64,000 bases of DNA from Candidatus Limnocylindria bacterium (GTDB lineage Bacteria > Chloroflexota > Limnocylindria > P2-11E). Positions 1 to 8,773 of the stretch are shown piece by piece. The first letter of the stretch is position 1. Every line of letters starts with the position of its first letter. The stretch covers positions 9,405-73,404 of the forward strand of contig JBBQZK010000001.1 of the NCBI GenBank assembly GCA_038207785.1, written 5' to 3'. The notes under the pieces were generated by a model. It was not told the origin of the DNA, did no database searches, and saw only the letters and a list, made by a program, of their open reading frames with translations. A program made the translations under genes and the position numbers.

Positions 1-429
1 CGCGCGGATCGCGCGACCATCGAACGAACGCACCGCCGCGTGGCCCGCCACGCCGACGGCTGGCAGACGTCGATCAGCGATCCCGCGGACGCCGCCTGGC
101 GGATCGCGGACGTGCGCGCCAAGGTCGCCGAGGCCGGCCGTGATCCGAGCGCTCTCGAGACCCACCTCTATCACAACATCAATGTGGGCTCGGACCGGTC
201 GGTCGCGCTCGATGAGTCGAAGCGCTTCCTCGACACCTACTACTCCACGGACTTCGCGCCCGGCTTCGTCGCGGACTGGACCGCGGCCGGTACGCCCGAG
301 GAGTGTGCCGAGCACCTGCGCGTCTTCGGGCGCATGGGCTTCAGCGAGATCACGCTGCGCTGCACGAGCTGGGACCAGCGCGGTCAGCTCGAAAAAGTCA
401 TCACCGAGGTGCTGCCCCTGCTCCGATGA
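1..429 (+). CDS. LLM-class (luciferase-like) flavin/F420-dependent oxidoreductase, C-terminal part; the 5' end lies outside the window
   Basis: The reading frame is open from nt 1. The C-terminus ...GTPEECAEHLRVFGRMGFSEITL resembles LLM oxidoreductase C-termini. It is convergent with the minus-strand operon. Confidence 0.5.
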   Translation, partial: RADRATIERTHRRVARHADGWQTSISDPADAAWRIADVRAKVAEAGRDPSALETHLYHNINVGSDRSVALDESKRFLDTYYSTDFAPGFVADWTAAGTPEECAEHLRVFGRMGFSEITLRCTSWDQRGQLEKVITEVLPLLR

Positions 430-432
430 GCG

Positions 433-1239
433 CTACGAGCTGAAGGCGATGCGGGCGCTGCCGGCGGGTCCGGCTCGCAGCCGGCGCTCGGCCGCGGCGA
501 CGTCGCCCGTCGCGAGCACCAGCTCGTGGATGCCCTCCCCTTCCTCCGCGAGGATCCGTTCGACGGCCGGATCGCCGGCCGGGGTCACGAGCTCAATGGT
601 CGTCCCGCCCAAGCGGTAGCGGGGCCCGGCGTCCGAGTGCGCCCCGCCGGCTTCGACCACCTCGTCCAGGCCGAGCTGCCGGCCATAGATCTCGCGGGCG
701 CGGGCCGCGTCGGCCACGAGCACGCGCACGGCACGGATCCCGGTGGCCCCGTTCGGGTGCGTGCCGGGCACCTCCCAGGCGAGGCGTTCCGCGTCGGCGG
801 CGTCCCACTGGATGAGGAACGGCCACGGCCGTCGCCAGGCGAGGCCCTCCGGGATCAGCAGCCGCCACGACAGCACCCGCCCGTCGGGCCGGGTGCGGGA
901 CATCGCGAACGGCCCGACGGCGGCCAGGCCGGTGGCCGCGAAGCGGCGCGCGTCGTCGTCGATGTCCGTCGTCGCGACGGCGTATCCGATCAGGCCGCCC
1001 TCGCGGCGCTCCAGAAAGTCCAGCATCGCGCTGCGCGAGTCCTGTCGCCGCGCTTCGGCCTCGTCATGCACGGCGAGGAGCTCGATGTAGTCGGGGCCGA
1101 AGCGGATGAGCGCGTTGTGGGTGCCCAGACCGACGTGACGTCCGCCGGGCTGGACCTCAAAGCCGAGCGCGCGGTAGCGCTCGATCGCGACCGGCAGATC
1201 CCGCACCGCGATCACGACGTGGTCAAGCCGGCTGATCAT
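433..1239 (-). CDS. VOC-family (glyoxalase/bleomycin-resistance/dioxygenase fold) protein with two VOC domains
   Basis: The N-terminus is MISRLDHVVIAVRDL... and a second ...IRAVRVLVADAARAREIYGRQLGL module follows. The ATG at 1239 overlaps the stop of the upstream nitroreductase gene (ATGA); the ORF-track start at 1266 would give a 31-nt overlap. Confidence 0.6.
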   Translation of the reverse strand: MISRLDHVVIAVRDLPVAIERYRALGFEVQPGGRHVGLGTHNALIRFGPDYIELLAVHDEAEARRQDSRSAMLDFLERREGGLIGYAVATTDIDDDARRFAATGLAAVGPFAMSRTRPDGRVLSWRLLIPEGLAWRRPWPFLIQWDAADAERLAWEVPGTHPNGATGIRAVRVLVADAARAREIYGRQLGLDEVVEAGGAHSDAGPRYRLGGTTIELVTPAGDPAVERILAEEGEGIHELVLATGDVAAAERRLRAGPAGSARIAFSS

Positions 1240-1844
1240 CCTTGCGAGTGGCCCCAGTTGCCCCATTTCCCATAGTGCAGCGGCCGTTCGCGGGTGCGGG
1301 CGCGGTCCGATCCGGCCGGACCGACGTGCTCGGTCGGGTAGCCGACCGCGATCGTGCAGACCGCCGTATACGCGGCGGGCACGCCGAACGCCTCACGCAC
1401 GGCATCCTGGCGCTGCACCTCGAACAGGAGCGCGCCGAGGCCGTTGTCCACCGCCGTCAGGAGGACCAGGAGCGCGGCCATCCCGGTGTCGACGTCCCAG
1501 TACGGGACCGGCCACACCCGCTCCGGCTGACCCGGAGGACGTTTGTCAGGCCGCCCGTAGCGCTCGAGGTAGGCGTCCTTGTGGGACAGGCAGACGATGA
1601 GCACCGGCGCGTTGAACAGGAGCGGGAACTGGGCGTAGGCGGTCCCATCGGGGCCGCGATGGGCGCTCCAATACCGCTCGGTCTCCTCGCGACCCCGAAG
1701 GACGAGGAACGCCCAGCCCTGACTGAAGCCGGCCGAGGGTGCCCGGAGCGCGTTGTCGACGAGCAGCTGGACGAGGTCATCGGGGACGGGGCGGTCCGCG
1801 AAGCTTCGGACCATCTTCCGTCGCCGGACGACCTCTTGGAACAT
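1236..1844 (-). CDS. nitroreductase-family protein
   Basis: Composition is nitroreductase-like (…RRKMVRSFADRPVPDDLVQLLVDNALRAPSAGFSQGW…). The internal ATG at 1844 overlaps the stop of the upstream gene (TGATG). The ORF-track N-terminal extension is Gly/Arg junk. Confidence 0.65.
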   Translation of the reverse strand: MFQEVVRRRKMVRSFADRPVPDDLVQLLVDNALRAPSAGFSQGWAFLVLRGREETERYWSAHRGPDGTAYAQFPLLFNAPVLIVCLSHKDAYLERYGRPDKRPPGQPERVWPVPYWDVDTGMAALLVLLTAVDNGLGALLFEVQRQDAVREAFGVPAAYTAVCTIAVGYPTEHVGPAGSDRARTRERPLHYGKWGNWGHSQG

Positions 1845-2971
1845 CACGTGATCAACAGGGTCCCGTCGCGGATGATCGTCACGCCCTCCGCCTCCACCGT
1901 GGCGTCGGTGAACCACAGCTCGGCCGAGAAGCTCGAGGCGAACGTTCCCCCCGACTCGACGATGTCCCCGAGGTGGAACCGGAAGCCGCCGGCGCCGAAG
2001 CCCCAGTACACCGGCATGCGCGCGCCGTCGATCGTGAGCGGTAGGAGCGGATTGCTGCCGATGACGATCTCGCTGAGCCGATCCTTGTCGCCGGTCTGCG
2101 CATCCCAGGCCGCCCGGAGCTCGCCGGTCCGAGAGCCGGCGTTGGCCTCGACGAGGTGGCCGGCGCGGAAGATCAGCTCGAGGTCACCGGTGAACGCGTT
2201 GAGGTCCACACTGCGGCCGGCGACCCCCTGGCCCCGCCGATAGCGGATCGTCCCCTCGGCGCTGTCGGCGATCGGCAGCGTCCGGATCGCGCCGGCGGGC
2301 AGCTCCTCCTCCCGGTCGCGGGCGCATCGTGCGTTCCGCACCTTGTCCGGCGAGGCATCCCCGTCGTTGAGGTGATACCAGCCGTCGCGCTCGAGCGTCA
2401 CGCTGAGGTCGGTGCCGTCGGGTGTGCGGACGCGCAGCGTTTTGCCGCGGACGGCCGCGACGATCCGCTCCTGGCGCGCGCGCAGATCGGCGCGATCGAG
2501 GTCCAGGATCGCGTGCTGGTACGCCGCGTACAGCCGCAGGGTCACCTCGCTCCCGGACCCGCTCGCGAGGTCCGGGAACCAGTGGAAGTGCACGCCGCGG
2601 CCCGGCCAGCGGGCGAGGACCCATTCCGACTGCATCGTCGTCGTCGAGCCCCGGAGGGCGTAGTTGCCCGGTAGCCAGATGAAGACCTGCGCCGGGCGAA
2701 AGAGATCGAGCATCGCCTCGTTCTCGCGAAGGGCCGCGGCCGGGTCCGGATGCTTCCCCTCGCGGTCGCGTACCGCCGTCAGGCGCTCGGTCCAGTTGAC
2801 GGTGGTGGCGTGCTCGATGCCCCCCGCGCGCAGGACGGCGAGACGGACAGCCTCGAAGAGCTTCGGCAGCACGTACGGGTCGGCGAGGTAGATGACGCGC
2901 TCGCCCGGCTGCACGCGGAGGGTCCGGTTCACGATCTGGTCGGCCAGTGCGTCCCAGTCCGGGTCACTCAC
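1844..2971 (-). CDS. M29-family (aminopeptidase T/AmpS-like) metallopeptidase-like protein
   Basis: The N-terminal ...LRVQPGERVIYLADPYVLPKLFEAVRLAVLRAGG pattern is typical of the M29 fold. The GTG start overlaps the thioesterase stop (GTGA). Confidence 0.4.
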   Translation of the reverse strand: MSDPDWDALADQIVNRTLRVQPGERVIYLADPYVLPKLFEAVRLAVLRAGGIEHATTVNWTERLTAVRDREGKHPDPAAALRENEAMLDLFRPAQVFIWLPGNYALRGSTTTMQSEWVLARWPGRGVHFHWFPDLASGSGSEVTLRLYAAYQHAILDLDRADLRARQERIVAAVRGKTLRVRTPDGTDLSVTLERDGWYHLNDGDASPDKVRNARCARDREEELPAGAIRTLPIADSAEGTIRYRRGQGVAGRSVDLNAFTGDLELIFRAGHLVEANAGSRTGELRAAWDAQTGDKDRLSEIVIGSNPLLPLTIDGARMPVYWGFGAGGFRFHLGDIVESGGTFASSFSAELWFTDATVEAEGVTIIRDGTLLIT

Positions 2972-3390
2972 CGCGGCGGGTTCGGGTCGCGGGTGCTGTA
3001 AAGGACGCGACCGATCGCGATGAGCTCGCCCGTCGCGTTGCGCACCTCTGCGTCGGCGACGCCGATCGACCGCCCCAGCCGGACGACCCGTGCCGTCGCG
3101 GTCAATGCCTCACGGCCGGCGACCTTCAGGTAGTCCACCCGCAGGTCGATGGTCGGGACGCCGCGCCCGAGCTGGAGGGCGATCGCGTAGTCGCCGGCGA
3201 TATCGAGCAGCGACCCGATGACGCCCCCGTGGAGATACGGGACGGATGGGTCACTGACGAGCTCTTCCCGGAACGGCATCCGGATGAGCACGGCGCCGGC
3301 CGCGTCGGTGGAGAACTCGAGGCCGAGGAACGCGTGGAACGGGCTGGTCGCGAACTCGCGATCGAGCTCCGCGCGCGCGGCCGGCTCCAT
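2968..3390 (-). CDS. PaaI-family hotdog-fold acyl-CoA thioesterase
   Basis: It is 140 aa and has the PaaI-like ...PYLHGGVIGSLLDIAGDYAIAL... motif. Its ATG overlaps the stop of the acyl-CoA ligase gene. Confidence 0.7.
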   Translation of the reverse strand: MEPAARAELDREFATSPFHAFLGLEFSTDAAGAVLIRMPFREELVSDPSVPYLHGGVIGSLLDIAGDYAIALQLGRGVPTIDLRVDYLKVAGREALTATARVVRLGRSIGVADAEVRNATGELIAIGRVLYSTRDPNPPR

Positions 3391-4952
3391 CAGGCGACCT
3401 GCTCGGTCATCGACTCCTGTGCCTGCCGCTCGAGGGCCTTGCGATCGATCTTGCTCGTCCCGGACAGCGGGAACTCGTTCACGAAGAACACCCGTCGCGG
3501 GTGCGCGTACGCGGCGCCACGCTCGAGGTAGAAGGCCTTGATCTGCTCCTCGGTGACCTCGTGCCCTTCACGGCGCACGACGAACGCCACCGGCACGGCG
3601 CCCTTCAGTGCATGCGGGACCGGGACGACCGACGCCTCGAGCACCCCGGGGTGCTGGAGCACGATCGCCTCGACCTCCTTCGGGTAGACGTTTTCGCCGC
3701 CAACGCTGATCTGGTCGTCCTTGCGCCCGAGGAAGAAGTAGAACCCCTCGGCGTCACGGCGCATGAGGTCGCCGCTCTTCAGCCATCCATCCGGCGTGAA
3801 TCGGGCCGCGGTGACCTCGGGCAGGTTGTGGTAGCCGCGGGCATTCCCCGGATTGCGGATCCAGGTCTCGCCGATCTCGTCGACGCCGACATCGACACCA
3901 GCCTCGTCGACGAGCCGGACCTCCATCTCGGGCAGCAGGATCCCGCAGCTGCCGAGCTTCTTCTTCCCCCAGCGCGGGATGAGGATCGGGACCGGTCCGC
4001 TCTCCGTCATCCCGTAGCCCTCGACGACATCCACGCCGCCGAAGGCCTCCTGGAGCTGCTCGAGGAACTCGGCGGTCACGGGCGCCGAGCCGACGCCGAG
4101 GTAATTGACGCTCCGGACGTCGTGGGCCTTCAGGAACTCGTGGTCCCGCAGCATGAGCGCGAACATCGTGGGAACGCCGATCGTGTGCGTGCAGGCGTAG
4201 CGCTCGATGGCTTCGATCACCGCTCGCGGGTCGAACTTCGGCAGGATCACCGCGGACGCGCCGCCCAGGATGAACGGATAGAACGCGCCGCTCAGCGCGT
4301 TCGCGTGATACATCGGGCCGCTGATCAGCGTGCGCTCGTCCGGGCTGATGAGATGCGCCCGGCGGAGGATCTCGGCGTTGTGGATCTGACCGGCGTGGTG
4401 GAGCCGCACGCCCTTGGGCCGTCCGGTCGTCCCCGAGGTGTACGGCATCATGCATAGGTCCTCGAACTCGATCTCGACCGCGACGCGCTCCGCGGACGCG
4501 TCGGCGACCCAGCGGTCGTAGGAGACCCGGCCGGCGACCGACCTCACCGCGTCTTTGCCACAGAGGACGACCTGTCGGATCGTCGGGATGTCGGCGGCGA
4601 GCTGGACCGCGAGCTCGTGCCAGTCGGGTGAGGCGATGAGGATCCGAGACCCGCTGTCCGCCAGGACGTAACGCATCGCGTCGTTGCCCGACCGGACGTT
4701 CATCGGGACGGCGACCGCGCCGGCGCGCATGACACCGAAGAAGCACTCCACGAAATGGCGCTCGTTGCCCTGCATCAGGGCGACCCGCTCGCCCTTTTGG
4801 ATGCCACTCGCGAGCAGCGCGTTCGCGACCCTGTTCGCGCGAGCCTCGAGCTCGGCATAGGTGAGCTCGTCGCCGTCCTGGATGAGCGCGACCTTCGACG
4901 GCGAAACGCGATAGCCGATCTCCGGCAGGTACCCGAAGTTCTGGATGTACAC
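3390..4952 (-). CDS. AMP-dependent acyl-CoA synthetase/ligase
   Basis: It has the AMP-binding signature YTSGTTGRPKGV and the C-terminal ...SGDL...GRKDDQI...GENVYPKEVE. It uses a GTG start. Confidence 0.85.
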   Translation of the reverse strand: MYIQNFGYLPEIGYRVSPSKVALIQDGDELTYAELEARANRVANALLASGIQKGERVALMQGNERHFVECFFGVMRAGAVAVPMNVRSGNDAMRYVLADSGSRILIASPDWHELAVQLAADIPTIRQVVLCGKDAVRSVAGRVSYDRWVADASAERVAVEIEFEDLCMMPYTSGTTGRPKGVRLHHAGQIHNAEILRRAHLISPDERTLISGPMYHANALSGAFYPFILGGASAVILPKFDPRAVIEAIERYACTHTIGVPTMFALMLRDHEFLKAHDVRSVNYLGVGSAPVTAEFLEQLQEAFGGVDVVEGYGMTESGPVPILIPRWGKKKLGSCGILLPEMEVRLVDEAGVDVGVDEIGETWIRNPGNARGYHNLPEVTAARFTPDGWLKSGDLMRRDAEGFYFFLGRKDDQISVGGENVYPKEVEAIVLQHPGVLEASVVPVPHALKGAVPVAFVVRREGHEVTEEQIKAFYLERGAAYAHPRRVFFVNEFPLSGTSKIDRKALERQAQESMTEQVA

Positions 4953-4955
4953 CGC

Positions 4956-5987
4956 CTACGGGACCAGCAGGATCTTGCCGAACGCTTCGCGCCGCTCCAG
5001 CGCGTCCTCGGCGGCGCGGGCCTCCGCCAACGGCAGCACCCGGTCGATCACCGGCCGGATCCGGCCGCGTCGGACCAGATCGAGCAGAGCGACCAGGCCC
5101 TCGCGGGTCCAGCCATCCGACCCGATGATCGTTTCCTCACGCGTCCAGACGTATCGGAGGTCGGTGACCGCATCGAAGCCGCTGGTCGCGCCGCAGGTGA
5201 GAATGCGGCCACCCTTGCGGACGGAGCGGACGCTCGTCGGCCAGGTGTCTTTGCCTGAGTAGTCCACAACGACATCGACCCCGCGCTTGCCCGTCAGCTG
5301 CCAGAGCTGCTTGCCCCAGTCCGCTGCGCTCGTGTCGATGACGGCGTCGGCTCCGAGCTCCGTCAGGCGCTTCCTTTTATCCGCCGAGCTGCTGCCGGCA
5401 TAGATCGTCGCGCCCGCGAGCTTCGCGATCTGTACGCAGGCGGTCCCGACACCGCCGCTCGCGCCGTGGATGAAGACCGTCTCGCCCAGGCGGACCTGGC
5501 CACGATCCATCATCAGCCGCCAGGCGGTCCCGTAGCCGATCGGGAGGGCCGCGGCGTGCTCGAAGCTGACGTCGTCGGGGAGCGGGATCACGTTTGCGGC
5601 CGACACGACCGCAAATTCGGCCATGACGCCTTGGGCGTCCTCGCCGAGAGCGCCCTCGGGGATCGCCGGATCGATGAGGACTCGCTGACCGACGCGCACC
5701 GTCGTGACACCGGGCCCGACCGCCGCGATGACGCCGGCGCCGTCGCCACCGGAGATGTGCGGAAGCTCCGTCTTCTTGGCGGGCATCCCGCGCCGGACGA
5801 AGATGTCGAGGAAGTTCAGGGCGCAGGCCCTGATCTCCACGAGGACCTCGCCCGCGCCTGCCGCCGGCCGCGGCCAGCGCTCCTCGAGGCGCAGGACCTC
5901 GGATCCGCCGTGTTCGTGGAAGACGATCGCCCGCATCACCTGGCCCGCTGGCGCTTCCGCCTCGCCGACCGGGGCCGCCTGACCCAT
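4956..5987 (-). CDS. zinc-type alcohol dehydrogenase / quinone oxidoreductase (MDR superfamily)
   Basis: It has the MRAIVFHEHGG... GroES-like N-terminus and the Rossmann motif HGASGGVG. The ATG at 5987 has a GGAGG RBS 5 nt upstream. An alternative ATG at 5936 (MRAIVF) lacks an RBS. The 561-aa ORF-track entry is over-extended. Confidence 0.75.
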   Translation of the reverse strand: MGQAAPVGEAEAPAGQVMRAIVFHEHGGSEVLRLEERWPRPAAGAGEVLVEIRACALNFLDIFVRRGMPAKKTELPHISGGDGAGVIAAVGPGVTTVRVGQRVLIDPAIPEGALGEDAQGVMAEFAVVSAANVIPLPDDVSFEHAAALPIGYGTAWRLMMDRGQVRLGETVFIHGASGGVGTACVQIAKLAGATIYAGSSSADKRKRLTELGADAVIDTSAADWGKQLWQLTGKRGVDVVVDYSGKDTWPTSVRSVRKGGRILTCGATSGFDAVTDLRYVWTREETIIGSDGWTREGLVALLDLVRRGRIRPVIDRVLPLAEARAAEDALERREAFGKILLVP

Positions 5988-6012
5988 CCCTACCTCCGCA
6001 CTGCGTGCGCAT

Positions 6013-6034
6013 TGACATGTTACGAGGAATGTCA
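6013..6034. promoter_or_regulatory. everted inverted repeat TGACAT-N10-ATGTCA overlapping a perfect TTGACA -35-like hexamer on the minus strand, upstream of the dehydrogenase operon
   Basis: Read directly from the sequence. The half-site is the same as in the ATGTCACGTGACAT palindrome found elsewhere in the window. The 12-mer TGACATGTTACG recurs at 21183. Confidence 0.5.
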
Positions 6035-6060
6035 AAGGGCACGCGCTCCGCTCGCCGAAG

Positions 6061-6840
6061 TCAGACGGAGCGGACGGACCTCCGTCGGGGCTGCGGCGCA
6101 CGGACCGGAAGAGGCTCCGCCGCTCCATGCGTCGCCCGGACGCCGAGCAGGCTGCCGATGATCCGGGTCTGGCCGTCGCGCACGTGGCGCGCGGTCGCCT
6201 CTCGGGCACCCTGGCGGTCCCGCCGAGCGAGCGCCGAGACGATGTCGCCGTGATCGTTGGTCGGCAGCGCCTCCAGCAGCACCGGATCGACGTACGCGGT
6301 GATGGTCGGGTCGATGAGCAGGATCCGCCTGCTCTCATCGAGGAGGCCCTCGATGAGGTGGACCAGTCGCTCGTTGGCCGACAGGCGTGCGAGCGCCAGA
6401 TGGAACTCGGAGTTGGCCTCGATCGCGAAGCGACGGTATGCCGCGGGATCGGTGCTGAACTTCTTGGCCTCGGACTGCACCCGGCGCTGCAGGCGCTCGA
6501 ACCCGTCGACGTCGCGGTCCGTGACGTGGTCGACCGCGAGCTCGGCGGCCAGGGCCTCGAGGGCCAGACGAAGCTGGAAGATCTCCTGGACGTCACCGAC
6601 GCTGAGCTCGGTGACGACGTAGCCGACGCGGGGAATGACACTGACGAGGCCCTCGGTGCAGAGCAGCTTGAGCGCCTCGTGCACCGGCGTCCGGCTCATC
6701 TTGTACTTCTGGGAGACCTTTGTGCCGAGCACCATCTCCCCCGGCTTCAGCTTCGTGCTGAGGATGTCCTCTTTGAGCTGGCGATAGGCCTTCTGCGCGA
6801 GCGAGCGGGTGTTCTTGACGGATGAGCGGATCATCGGCAC
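6061..6840 (-). CDS. GntR-family transcriptional regulator (FadR-like, FCD C-terminal domain)
   Basis: It has the N-terminal winged HTH (…SQKYKMSRTPVHEALKLLCTEGLV…) and a helical FCD-like C-terminus. It sits 28 nt downstream of dppC in the same operon. Confidence 0.8.
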   Translation of the reverse strand: MPMIRSSVKNTRSLAQKAYRQLKEDILSTKLKPGEMVLGTKVSQKYKMSRTPVHEALKLLCTEGLVSVIPRVGYVVTELSVGDVQEIFQLRLALEALAAELAVDHVTDRDVDGFERLQRRVQSEAKKFSTDPAAYRRFAIEANSEFHLALARLSANERLVHLIEGLLDESRRILLIDPTITAYVDPVLLEALPTNDHGDIVSALARRDRQGAREATARHVRDGQTRIIGSLLGVRATHGAAEPLPVRAPQPRRRSVRSV

Positions 6841-6867
6841 TGCGCGGAGCCTAGCAAAGCACGGTCC

Positions 6868-7800
6868 TCACTCATTCGGGCCGCGACGTCGCGGATCGAG
6901 CACGTCCCGGAGACCGTCGCCGGCGAAATTGAATGCGAGCCCGGTGACGACGATGAGGACGCCGGGGATGGTGCTGACCCACCAGGCGACGTCGAGGATG
7001 ATGCGGCCGTCGGCCACCATGTTGCCCCACGTCGGCGTCGGGGGCTGCACCCCGAGGCCGAAGTAGCTGAGCGCCGACTCTTGCAGGATGACCGCGCCGA
7101 CGCGCAGCGTGGCCGACACGATGATCACCGGCGCGACGTTCGGAAGGATGTGCCGCACCATGATCCGCCCGCTGCGCGCGCCGACGGCGTGGGCGGCCTG
7201 CACGAATTCGGTGGTCCGGAGCGACAGAACGACGCTCCGAACGAGCCGCGCGGTCCCCGGCCAGGCCGACAGGCCAAGGAACACGATCAGCAGCTGCAGG
7301 CTCGAGCCGTAGATGCTGAGGACGGCGATGAGGAGGAAGAAGATCGGGATCGAAATGAAGACGTCCACGACGCGCATCAGGAAGTTGTCCGTCCGGCCGC
7401 CGACGTAGCCGGCGATCACGCCGATCGCGCTGCCGATGGTGACGCTGATCACCATCGCAACGAGACCGACGCTGAGCGACACCCGGGCTCCATAGATCGC
7501 GCGACTGAGCATGTCGCGTCCGAGCCCGTCGGTCCCGAGCCAATGAGCCGCCCCCGGCGCCTGCAGCCGGTCCCTCAGGATCTGCGCTTCGGGATCGGCC
7601 GGCGACACGAGAGGCGCGAGCAGACCGGCCACAGCGAACAGGAGCACGACCGATGCGCCCACCGCGACCCGGTGATTGGCGATCAGTCGCCGCCAGAGCT
7701 CGGGCCGCTTCCGCAGCACCGTGGCAGGAGCGGCGCCGGTCACGGACCGACCGACGACGGTCACGCTAGCTGTACTGGATCCGCGGATCCGCGGCGCCAT
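6868..7800 (-). CDS. peptide/nickel ABC transporter permease (DppC/OppC-like)
   Basis: It has the family-5 permease signature ...ESALSYFGLGVQPPTPTWGNMV.... An alternative GTG start at 7764 lies immediately after the dppB stop. Confidence 0.85.
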   Translation of the reverse strand: MAPRIRGSSTASVTVVGRSVTGAAPATVLRKRPELWRRLIANHRVAVGASVVLLFAVAGLLAPLVSPADPEAQILRDRLQAPGAAHWLGTDGLGRDMLSRAIYGARVSLSVGLVAMVISVTIGSAIGVIAGYVGGRTDNFLMRVVDVFISIPIFFLLIAVLSIYGSSLQLLIVFLGLSAWPGTARLVRSVVLSLRTTEFVQAAHAVGARSGRIMVRHILPNVAPVIIVSATLRVGAVILQESALSYFGLGVQPPTPTWGNMVADGRIILDVAWWVSTIPGVLIVVTGLAFNFAGDGLRDVLDPRRRGPNE

Positions 7801-8719
7801 AGAGCACGTCGGCGAGGAGGTTTCCGAGCACCGAGGCGATCGCGCTGAACAACGTGACCGTGATCACGACCGGATAGTCGCGGATGAACACCGAGTCGAC
7901 CGCGAGGCGGCCGACCCCTGGCAGCGAGAAGATGGATTCGACGATCGCCGCGCCGCTGATCAGGAACGGGAGCGTGAAGCCGAGCAGCGTGATCACCGGG
8001 AGGAGGGAGTTGCGCAGCGCGTGACGGACCACCACGGTCCGCCGCTGCAAGCCCTTCGCGTGGGCCGTCCGGACGTAATCCTGGCTGAGCGATTCGAGCA
8101 TCGACGACCGCACGTAGCGCGCGATCGTTCCCATGAGACCGGTGCTCAGGACGATAGTGGGCATCACCAGATACGGCGCCATCTCCATGGGATTCCATCC
8201 GGTCGCCAGTGGCGGTCGGATACCGCTCACCGGCAGCCAATGCAATCGGACCGCGAACAGCATGATGAGCATCAGGCCCAGCCAGAACGAGGGCACCGTG
8301 AAGCCGAACAGCGCGACGAGCGTGCCGAGGTAGTCGAGCGGCCCGTTGGGCCGGAGCGCCTGCAAGATGCCGATGGCGGCGCCCGCGAGCACGCCCACAA
8401 CGATCGCGAGCAGCCCGAGCGTCAGCGTTGTCGGCATGCGCTCGAGAACGAGATTGATCACCGGCTGGCGGGACCGGTACGAGTACAGCTCGCCCCGCGC
8501 GAGCGCGGTCATGGTCTTCACGTACTGCACCGGCAGCGGATCGTCGAGCCCGAGCTCCACCCGGAGCTCGCGGTATCGCTCGGGCGTGGCCTGCTCCGGA
8601 TCCACGAGCAGGCGCGCCGGATCGCCGGGGGCGAAGTGGATGATCGCGAACGACAAGATCGAGATCCCGATGATCAGCGGGATGAGCTGGATGAGACGGC
8701 GTGCGATGTACCGTCTCAT
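7766..8719 (-). CDS. peptide/nickel ABC transporter permease (DppB/OppB-like)
   Basis: It begins MRRYIARRLIQLIPLIIGISILSFAIIHFAPGDP, a typical DppB N-terminus. It has six TM segments and the EAA-like loop. Confidence 0.85.
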   Translation of the reverse strand: MRRYIARRLIQLIPLIIGISILSFAIIHFAPGDPARLLVDPEQATPERYRELRVELGLDDPLPVQYVKTMTALARGELYSYRSRQPVINLVLERMPTTLTLGLLAIVVGVLAGAAIGILQALRPNGPLDYLGTLVALFGFTVPSFWLGLMLIMLFAVRLHWLPVSGIRPPLATGWNPMEMAPYLVMPTIVLSTGLMGTIARYVRSSMLESLSQDYVRTAHAKGLQRRTVVVRHALRNSLLPVITLLGFTLPFLISGAAIVESIFSLPGVGRLAVDSVFIRDYPVVITVTLFSAIASVLGNLLADVLYGAADPRIQYS

Positions 8720-8773
8720 TCCAGCTCCCCCCTTACTGCGCGAACGCGGACGACCGGTGGCGTGGGTAGAACG

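Noticed and set aside
3754-4746. Long opposite-strand or alternate-frame ORFs throughout the track (e.g. 3754-4746, 5377-6042, 6872-7543, 8716-9261, 10586-12091, 11235-12074, 22792-23856, 23048-24961, 26957-28507, 30950-32143)
   Set aside because: They are Arg/Pro/Ala/Gly-rich translations typical of high-GC shadow frames. They overlap well-supported genes, have no motifs and lack RBS.
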